This document shows, in pieces, positions 57,242 to 64,000 of a stretch of DNA of 64,000 bases. Numbering within the stretch: the first letter of the stretch is position 1; the number at the start of each line of letters is the position of its first letter. The translations under genes and the position numbers were made by a program. The stretch is from an uncultured Verrucomicrobiota bacterium (GTDB lineage: Bacteria > Verrucomicrobiota > Verrucomicrobiia > Palsa-1439): positions 1,530 to 65,529 of the forward strand of contig CAZISE010000020.1 in assembly GCA_964541945.1 (NCBI GenBank), given 5' to 3'. Under the pieces are notes generated by a model. It worked only from the letters and a program-made list of their open reading frames with translations, made no database searches and was not told where the DNA came from.

Positions 57242-58663
57242 TTATTCCATTGGTTCGGTTGATTGTGCGTTGCGTTTCCAAAGTTTCACCGCCGTATCGT
57301 TGCGTTGCGGCGGGCCGGGCGTGCTGCGTCCATCGGCAATCATTTTTTCCATCCATTTTGTGAGTTGCTGGACGGTTTCCTTGTCGGCGTCCTGGCGGTT
57401 TCGCCGCTCGCCGATGTCGTCGGACATGCGGTAAAGCTGGACCGGCGCGCCGTCCTTGCCGCCCTTGTTCCAGCCGCCCGAACCGGCGCCGAAAATGAGT
57501 TTGGCGTCGCCCCGTCGAATCGCAAACATGCCGTTGATCGAGTGGTGAACGACCATGTCGCGAACCGGGCGGTCTTCGCCTTTGAGCAGTGGCAGGATGC
57601 TGACGCTATCTTCGCCGGCGTTGTCGGGCAACTGCGCGCCGAGGATGTCGGCTACAGTGGCCATCAGATCGGTCAGACAGGTCAGTTGGGCGCACACGCG
57701 GCCGGGCCTGACAACGCCGGGCCAGCGAACGAAGAACGGGATGCGATGGCCGCCGTCCCAGATATCGGACTTGTAACCGCGAAATTGCGCGCTCGGATAA
57801 TGTCCCTGTTTTTCGAGTTTGGCCACGCCGGCAGCGGGCGAGCAGCCGTTGTCACTGGTGGCAATGACCAGCGTGTCACTGGCGATGCCCGCCCTGTCGA
57901 GCGCGGCCAACACTTCGCCAACGGCCCAATCGGTTTCCATCACGAAATCGCCGTAGTCGCCGAGTCCGCTTTTGCCCTGCCACTCGGCGGTCGGCGCAAT
58001 CGGTGTGTGCGGCGAGTTGAGAGCGAAATAGAGAAAGAATGGTTGGCCGGTCTTGGCTCGCGCGGCAATATAGTCGGCGGCATGGCGGGTTAATTTCGGA
58101 AGCATGTCCACCGGTTCAACCATTTCAGTGACGCGCTCGTCCAAAAACATCGAGTGCATCGTCCGCGCGTGATGGAACCCGTAGAAATGATCGAACCCGC
58201 GCGTCAACGGCCCATCCTGTGTGCGCGCCCCCATCGGAGCGCCCTGTCTCTTCCCTTTCACGCGTTGGACATCCAGCGTGAAACCCAGATGCCATTTTCC
58301 AATGCAGGCGGTATGATAACCGTGTTGTTTGAGCAGGGCGGGCACCGTGAACCGATCGGCGGCAATCAGCGGTTCCGCGTAATCGCTGAGGACACCGTGT
58401 TGGAGGCGGGTGCGCCAGGCATACCGGCCCGTGAGCACGCCGTAACGGGTCGGCGTGCAGACCGATGAGCCGCTGTGCGCGTCGGTGAAGGTCATGCCCT
58501 GCGAGGCCAGACGGTCAAGGTGCGGTGTGGGGATTTTGCCGTTTTGCGGATTCAGGCAGTGGACGTCGCCATAACCGAGGTCATCGGCGAGGATGTAAAC
58601 GATGTTCGGCCTCTCGGCGGCGGGCGCCGTGGCCGCCGCCAGCAACAGGGCAACCAACAACAT
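57242..58663 (-). CDS. Sulfatase (formylglycine-dependent); paralog of 43717..45216.
   Basis: NIVYILADDLGYGDV ... SSVCTPTRYGVLTGRY ... GKWHLG. Confidence 0.9.
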   Translation of the reverse strand: MLLVALLLAAATAPAAERPNIVYILADDLGYGDVHCLNPQNGKIPTPHLDRLASQGMTFTDAHSGSSVCTPTRYGVLTGRYAWRTRLQHGVLSDYAEPLIAADRFTVPALLKQHGYHTACIGKWHLGFTLDVQRVKGKRQGAPMGARTQDGPLTRGFDHFYGFHHARTMHSMFLDERVTEMVEPVDMLPKLTRHAADYIAARAKTGQPFFLYFALNSPHTPIAPTAEWQGKSGLGDYGDFVMETDWAVGEVLAALDRAGIASDTLVIATSDNGCSPAAGVAKLEKQGHYPSAQFRGYKSDIWDGGHRIPFFVRWPGVVRPGRVCAQLTCLTDLMATVADILGAQLPDNAGEDSVSILPLLKGEDRPVRDMVVHHSINGMFAIRRGDAKLIFGAGSGGWNKGGKDGAPVQLYRMSDDIGERRNRQDADKETVQQLTKWMEKMIADGRSTPGPPQRNDTAVKLWKRNAQSTEPME

Positions 58664-58677
58664 GTCATGGCAACGAC

Positions 58678-60009
58678 TCACGATCGTCTGTCTCTCTTGT
58701 GTTTCCTGTTGGGAGGTTCTTTGGAGGCGTTGGATGGCGACCAGGCGGGGTCTTGTGGATTTGCCACGGTCAACGCGCACGAGTCGCCGTACTCTTGTTG
58801 CGCCTTCTCCAGAAGCGCCATCATCTCTCTGATTTTGTCGGCATATTCCTCTTTTCCTGAAAGGTCGTTGCTCTCGTATGGATCGGTCTGAAGATCGAAG
58901 AGCTGGGTCTTGTGGATGCGCGGGTAACGAATCAGTTTCCAGCGCTCATCCCGGACCGCTCGTTGAACATCCTTGTAGGCGGTCAAGGCATGGTCGCGCA
59001 CCTTGACTGTCTTGCCCGTGATAATCGGGGCGAGACTTTTGGCGTCAAGTCCTGCCGGCACGGGTATCCCAGTCAACTCACAAAGGGTCGGATAAATGTC
59101 CATGAGATACGCCAGGGCAACAGTCTCGCCCTTCGGAATTCCGGGACCGGCAAAAACAAGCGGGACATGCATTCCGCCGAACTCATAGAGGTTTTGTTTG
59201 CCAAGCAGGCCGTGTTCACCCAGTGAAAGACCGTTGTCCCCGGCTACCACGATGATGGTGTTGTCGAATTGCCCGACTTGTTTCAGAGCATCGAGAATAC
59301 GGCCCACCTGGTCATCGAGATACGTAATCGAGGCGTAATAACGAGCGAGTTTTCCAGTAACGCTTTCCCGTGTGCGTGGCCACGGAAGGGTTTTCTCATC
59401 GCGAACGGTCATTTCGCCATTGTTGAACGGGTGAAACGGCAGGAAATTCCGCGGCAACGGGATATCGGCGGCTTGGTACATTGGATAATAACGGTCGGGC
59501 GCGTATTGCGGGTCGTGCGGTTCCTGCGGCGCATAATAGAGAAAAAGCGGTTTCTGACCGGCCTGTCGCTGGAGGAAGGCAATGATGTGGTCGGCGTTGC
59601 CCTCGGCGGTCCTGCCATCCAGATGCTGATCGAAATCGGCGTCCAGCGCATTTGGGGTGTTACTGAACTTACCACTGCGAATGGAAGCGTATCCGGCGGC
59701 TTTGATTGTCCGAGCCAGCGTCGGTGTGTTGTCGCGTTTACGGAAGTAACTGATACCGGTCTGAATCATGGTGCGACTCGGCAGACAGACCGCGCCGACG
59801 TTTGATCCAAGCGTGTACGCATTGCGAAAGACGAAACCGTTTTCGACAACACGGTCAAGATGGGGCGTCTTGACTACCGTGTTGCCGAGCGCGCGCAATC
59901 CGTCCGGACGCAAATCATCCGCGAGAATGAACAGCACATTGGGCTTGGAAACGGCCATGACCGGTGCCGCGGAAAACAGCAACGCAACAAGAAGGATTCC
60001 TTTATTCAT
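58678..60009 (-). CDS. Sulfatase (formylglycine-dependent).
   Basis: [31 protein letters not shown] ... AVCLPSRTMIQTG. Confidence 0.9.
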   Translation of the reverse strand: MNKGILLVALLFSAAPVMAVSKPNVLFILADDLRPDGLRALGNTVVKTPHLDRVVENGFVFRNAYTLGSNVGAVCLPSRTMIQTGISYFRKRDNTPTLARTIKAAGYASIRSGKFSNTPNALDADFDQHLDGRTAEGNADHIIAFLQRQAGQKPLFLYYAPQEPHDPQYAPDRYYPMYQAADIPLPRNFLPFHPFNNGEMTVRDEKTLPWPRTRESVTGKLARYYASITYLDDQVGRILDALKQVGQFDNTIIVVAGDNGLSLGEHGLLGKQNLYEFGGMHVPLVFAGPGIPKGETVALAYLMDIYPTLCELTGIPVPAGLDAKSLAPIITGKTVKVRDHALTAYKDVQRAVRDERWKLIRYPRIHKTQLFDLQTDPYESNDLSGKEEYADKIREMMALLEKAQQEYGDSCALTVANPQDPAWSPSNASKEPPNRKHKRDRRS

Positions 60010-60132
60010 GCGACATCGTTTTGACCGTGAGCGAGCCACATTATTCGACGCTTCCCGTTGCTCGGTCAACCTTTTTGCCGACGAAGACAGATTTGCGCTT
60101 GTCTGCGCGAAAAGAATTGTTATTTTGGTACC

Positions 60133-60921
60133 ATGACGTTGCGCTTCCGCATCCGTCTTGCAAGTCTCGCCGCCGCGCTCGGTGTTGCATCGGCAGGCTG
60201 GGCCGGCCAGTTGCCCGACGGCTGGTACTACCAAGAATCCGGCGGGATGGTGGTCGGCGAAGGCGAAATTTTCAGCGCCCGCACCACCGGCACCGGTTCC
60301 AACACAAATTCATGGAAAATCGCACCCGACGAGGTTACCGGCGGCGATAACACCCTGAGCATCACCAACGCCCGCGGCGGCCAATATGTCCAGGTTCTCC
60401 CCGATACCGGCGCCCCCGGCTCTCCGACCAACCCGCCCAGCATCCAATACCAAATGAGCCTGGTCACCACCGGCATCTACCAACTCTACGTCCGCTGGGA
60501 AGGCAACGGCATCACCGGCACCAACAGCTTCGGCTCCAGCGACTCCCTGTTTGCCGACATCGTCGAACTCAAGGATGGCACCGGCGGACTCATCGCCGAC
60601 TGGTATGAGCTGAATCAGTCGCTGGACGGCAATTTCGCCACCAACCCGTGGGACGCCGGCGGCGGTTTCGAGCAAAACGTCGCAAGCCCCGCCAACAGCG
60701 CCATGACATGGGCGGTAACCTCGCCGGGCATCTACACCCTGCGATTCTCCCAACGCGAAGACGGCGCGGCGGTGGACGCATGGGTCTTTCAATTGAGTTC
60801 GCTTCCCGCCCCAACAGGCGACGGTCCTGCCATGTCGGTGCTCATTCCTGAACCATCGTCGGGCCTGTTGGTGTTGGGTGGGCTTGGCGCCTTGTTGTTC
60901 TGGCGACGACGCTCGCATTGA
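60133..60921 (+). CDS. PEP-CTERM-anchored secreted protein (exosortase substrate).
   Basis: Signal peptide MTLRFRIRLASLAAALGVASAGWA. C-terminal ...VLIPEPSSGLLVLGGLGALLFWRRRSH (PEP motif, TM helix, basic tail). Confidence 0.75.
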   Translation: MTLRFRIRLASLAAALGVASAGWAGQLPDGWYYQESGGMVVGEGEIFSARTTGTGSNTNSWKIAPDEVTGGDNTLSITNARGGQYVQVLPDTGAPGSPTNPPSIQYQMSLVTTGIYQLYVRWEGNGITGTNSFGSSDSLFADIVELKDGTGGLIADWYELNQSLDGNFATNPWDAGGGFEQNVASPANSAMTWAVTSPGIYTLRFSQREDGAAVDAWVFQLSSLPAPTGDGPAMSVLIPEPSSGLLVLGGLGALLFWRRRSH

Positions 60922-62708
60922 GACGGCGCGCCGTGCATGGTCATGCCCTATTGTTGGTTGGCGTCATTGCGTTGAGCGACCAACCGCCCAACACCTGGAT
61001 CAAACGTTCTCCCCTGACCGACGCGCCTCCCTCGCCGCGCATGGGTTACGAAGACGCCGCCGTCTGGGACAACCACCACCACCATCTCATCCGCTACGGC
61101 GGCCACAACCAGGGCGGCGGCGGCGAACAAAACGCCGAGGTCTGGACCTACGATCCTGCCACCGCGACATGGACGTTGAGAGAACCGAACACCTCGCCAC
61201 CGGGCGTTTGTTGCGCCCAACAAAACCTTTTCGATCCCGTTCACGCCCGTTACCTCCGTTTCCCCGCCTTCAGCGGCAGCCACGGCTGGCAATGGTGGCG
61301 CGAAATCTACCTCAACAACTCTTCTGTCTGGTCCTACGACCCTGCCGCCAACCGCTGGCGCAACCTCCGCCCGCTGCCCGCCCCGCGTCTGGCGCCGTTG
61401 CGATGCGCCTCGTACGACACCGACCACAATCTCGCCGTCCTTTTCGGCGGCGAAGGCAGTCACGAAGGCACGCTCCTCTATGATCCGAGCCTGAACATCT
61501 GGACCTGGCCAAAACCGCCGAAACAGCCCCCGTTTCGCAGCGGCGGCAACATGGCCTACGACGCCTCCTGTCAACTTCACATTCTCTTCGGCGCACAGTT
61601 TACCAACGACCCGCACACCTGGGCCTACGACCTCGCCAAAAACGAATGGCGAGACCTCCAACCGCCCGTTATGCCGCCGACCGACAAAAACGATGCCGTT
61701 CTTGCCTACGACAGTCTCCACCGTGTCATCCTCGCTGTTATCCGCGCCGCCGACGGCTCTCTCCAGACCTGGGCGTTCAACACCGCGGCCAATCGCTGGA
61801 CGAAAATGAACCCCAACATGGAGCCTGATCCATCGGGCAACCGCGCCCGGTGTTTTGTTTTCGCCCCCGAACTCAACCTCGCCATCCTGGAAAATCGTAC
61901 CCAACACGAACAGCAAATCTGGACCTATCGTTTCGCCAACGCGCCGCCCGCGACAAGCTCGCCGCGGCCCCGCCTGCCGCGGTTCGCTGAGGACGGCGTT
62001 GTCTCGGTGATCTCAACTCGTCGCGTCGAACTGACCTGGAAAGGCGCCGCGCCCCGCTGGCACGTCGAGCGAGCGGCAGTCGAGGTGTTTACCGAAGATC
62101 AACTCCGCCGATTGAAATCACGAACACCGCCGCTGGCGGAACCGTCGGTGGGCGCGTTCAAACGTATCGGCCCATTCACCCGTCTGGCCACCGTTGGCGA
62201 ACCGTCGTACACCGACACGAGTGTGGACCTCACAAAACCGGCCTCGGCGGAAGGCGCGCCAAGTTATGAGGATTCTCTGCACGCCGACCATCTCGATCCG
62301 TCGGGCCGCCCCTACCGCTACGCGGTGTATGCGTATCGGGTGGTGACCGACGACGGCGCCGTTTCCCCAGCGTGGTTCACGATACCGTCGGCGCCGCAAT
62401 TTGTGTTTTCGCGGGAGGCGGGCGAGACGTGCGAGTTGAAATGGGTGGCCAACCCGGAAAAAGGCATCCAGGGCTACCGGGTGTACCGCATGGACGGACG
62501 GTTCGACAAGGAACCAATCTCGCGTCTGACCCCGGATCCGCTGGCAACAACCTCGTTTGCCGACCCGACAGCCGGCAAGAAAACACGGCGTTATTACGTG
62601 GTGGCGGTGGATGCGATTGGTCAGGAAGGGTTTCCGTCGGCGCCGGTGTGGTACGAGCGGGAATGGAAAAGGTTTTACGACGGTTTTGCCGGCGAGTGGC
62701 ACCAGTGA
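60918..62708 (+). CDS. Kelch-repeat (galactose-oxidase-type beta-propeller) protein with C-terminal fibronectin-III-like domains.
   Basis: Repeated ...W.YDP..N.W... / ...HTWAYDLAKNEWRDL kelch blades. C-terminal FN3-like ...CELKWVANPEKGIQGYRVYR. Start codon uncertain (TTG 60918 or GTG 60930). Confidence 0.7.
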   Translation: MRRRAVHGHALLLVGVIALSDQPPNTWIKRSPLTDAPPSPRMGYEDAAVWDNHHHHLIRYGGHNQGGGGEQNAEVWTYDPATATWTLREPNTSPPGVCCAQQNLFDPVHARYLRFPAFSGSHGWQWWREIYLNNSSVWSYDPAANRWRNLRPLPAPRLAPLRCASYDTDHNLAVLFGGEGSHEGTLLYDPSLNIWTWPKPPKQPPFRSGGNMAYDASCQLHILFGAQFTNDPHTWAYDLAKNEWRDLQPPVMPPTDKNDAVLAYDSLHRVILAVIRAADGSLQTWAFNTAANRWTKMNPNMEPDPSGNRARCFVFAPELNLAILENRTQHEQQIWTYRFANAPPATSSPRPRLPRFAEDGVVSVISTRRVELTWKGAAPRWHVERAAVEVFTEDQLRRLKSRTPPLAEPSVGAFKRIGPFTRLATVGEPSYTDTSVDLTKPASAEGAPSYEDSLHADHLDPSGRPYRYAVYAYRVVTDDGAVSPAWFTIPSAPQFVFSREAGETCELKWVANPEKGIQGYRVYRMDGRFDKEPISRLTPDPLATTSFADPTAGKKTRRYYVVAVDAIGQEGFPSAPVWYEREWKRFYDGFAGEWHQ

Positions 62709-63476
62709 TCAGAATGTTTCGCCACGCGCCGTGAAATTGTTTCTCTCCGCGACCATGTCCGCCCAGGTCATTCGCTGGACGCGTCCGTCGAAGGCCGCCC
62801 AGATGGCCACACCGCGATGTCGCAAAGCGGGTTGATAGGACGGGTTGGTGCCAAACACCCATTGGCCAAGCGAGCCGGGACGGCTGAAGGAACTGCCCGT
62901 GCGACGATACAATCCCGAGCCGGGGGCGCTACCCGGCTGGGGTTGACCGCAATCACCGACCAGCCACGTGTCAGAAGGACGCGGCAATTTCGAGCTTTGT
63001 AGGGCGGCGCTGAAAACGGCTGATTTGCTTTGTTCGTAGCGGAAGATGCTGCTGCAGACGCCGTAGCCGCCCCAGTTGGCCTTCCAGCCGTTGGAATCCT
63101 CCGCCAGCAGTTCCTCCTGGCGGACGCTGGGGCATCGCCAGACGCCGGAAGTGGGAGTGTTGGGCAGGAACTTGAGGTTACGCAACACTTCGTTCCAGTT
63201 GGCGCCGCTGGCCGAGTCCACCAAGTTGCCGTTGGGCGCTTTGACCTGTGTCCATGTACCCTGATCCAGCCAGGGCATCTGGCCAAATTCGTTCTCGTAG
63301 GCAAGCAAGGCCGCGGCGATCTGGCGAAGGTTGTTGGTGCAAGTGGCCATGCGGGCGTTTTCCTTGATCCGCCCAAACACGGGAAACATCATCCCGGCCA
63401 GCACCGCGATGATCGCGATTACCACCAACAACTCGATCAGGGTAAAGGCACTGTCTTTGCCCGCAGAGGGTCGCAT
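62709..63476 (-). CDS. Prepilin-type N-terminal cleavage/methylation-domain protein of the DUF1559 / 'H-X9-DG' family.
   Basis: AFTLIELLVVIAIIAVLAGMMFPVF (class-III signal/pseudopilin N-terminus). C-terminal HRGVAIWAAFDGRV (H-x9-DG). Confidence 0.85.
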   Translation of the reverse strand: MRPSAGKDSAFTLIELLVVIAIIAVLAGMMFPVFGRIKENARMATCTNNLRQIAAALLAYENEFGQMPWLDQGTWTQVKAPNGNLVDSASGANWNEVLRNLKFLPNTPTSGVWRCPSVRQEELLAEDSNGWKANWGGYGVCSSIFRYEQSKSAVFSAALQSSKLPRPSDTWLVGDCGQPQPGSAPGSGLYRRTGSSFSRPGSLGQWVFGTNPSYQPALRHRGVAIWAAFDGRVQRMTWADMVAERNNFTARGETF

Positions 63477-63479
63477 GTG

Positions 63480-64000
63480 TTATTTGTTTTTCTCAGGTCG
63501 CGTCCTGCCGAACGGCCCGTCCACGCCGTCGGACGGTTGTTGTTCGGCAAACTGGTCGTCATCCCTGAGTTCTTTCTTCAACCGATACAACTCCGCCTTC
63601 AATTTCGCAACTGTTTCCGCAGCGGCGGGGTCGTTGTAGATATTGTGAAGTTCCTGGGGATCGTTCACCAGGTCGTAGCATTCCCACTGGTCTTTCTTCC
63701 AGAAATAGATCAGCTTGTGCGTTTCAGTGCGAACACCGTAATGGGCACGGGTGTTGTGGTCGCCGGGATCGTGGTAGTAGCGGTAATACCAGCTTGTCCG
63801 CCAGTCGGCGGGACGCTCGCCTTTGATCAACGGCACGAGGGAACGGCCCTGCATGTCGGCAGGGACAGCCAGTCCCGCCATGTCCATGAAGGTGGGCGCA
63901 AAATCGGTGTTGATGCCCATCGCAGCCTGGGTCGAGCCGGGTTTGGCGACACCGGGCCAGCGGACCAGGAACGGCATTTTGATGGATTCCTCGTACATGA
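63480..64000 (-). CDS. Sulfatase, C-terminal part only (the gene continues beyond the window end).
   Basis: ...MPFLVRWPGVAKPGS...DFAPTFMDMAGL...WECYDLVNDPQELHNIYND is a typical sulfatase C-terminal domain. Confidence 0.8.
   Translation of the reverse strand, partial: MYEESIKMPFLVRWPGVAKPGSTQAAMGINTDFAPTFMDMAGLAVPADMQGRSLVPLIKGERPADWRTSWYYRYYHDPGDHNTRAHYGVRTETHKLIYFWKKDQWECYDLVNDPQELHNIYNDPAAAETVAKLKAELYRLKKELRDDDQFAEQQPSDGVDGPFGRTRPEKNK

Overview
This 64-kb window is high-GC DNA (about 60-65% by eye) that looks like a PVC-superphylum genome, most likely Verrucomicrobiota. The evidence for that placement is as follows.
- A PEP-CTERM protein.
- A DUF1559 prepilin-like protein with an 'H-X9-DG' motif.
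- Planctomycete-type cytochrome c (CxxCH) domains.
- Many formylglycine-type sulfatases.
- A bacterial GDP-mannose 3,5-epimerase homolog.

Gene content, in order along the window:
- A partial GH28 glycoside hydrolase at the left edge.
- A 1031-aa secreted protein with tail-fibre-like, beta-propeller and lectin-like repeat domains; its 3' third is seven exact 150-bp tandem repeats.
- An AraC regulator divergent from a three-gene nucleotide-sugar operon (GDP-mannose 3,5-epimerase, a GHMP-like kinase, a double cytidylyltransferase-like protein). Nearby are manC, a NUDIX hydrolase and fucU.
- Several sulfatase-rich degradative loci. In total there are seven CxPxR sulfatases, three SGNH esterases, a GH43-like hydrolase, a 1075-aa unknown CAZyme-like protein and an MFS permease.
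- A periplasmic '3-keto-glycoside-type' oxidative module in two parts. The first part is a PSCyt cytochrome/beta-propeller protein, a ThuA-like protein and a Tat TIM-barrel isomerase. The second part is a Tat Gfo/Idh/MocA dehydrogenase, a DUF1080 protein and two Tat FAD oxidoreductases.
- A conserved mreB-mreC-mreD-mrdA-rodA-rng cell-shape operon, followed by aat and a CPBP protease.
- An IS transposase remnant next to a compositionally atypical, probably horizontally acquired gene.
- A surface-protein trio at the right end.

The supplied ORF track misses the edge-truncated GH28 gene. It also contains many long antisense ORFs that are GC-rich artefacts.

No rRNA, tRNA or CRISPR was found.

The most novel-looking element is the epimerase / GHMP-like kinase / nucleotidyltransferase module together with fucU, NUDIX and manC, interpreted here as an L-galactose/L-fucose-type nucleotide-sugar pathway.
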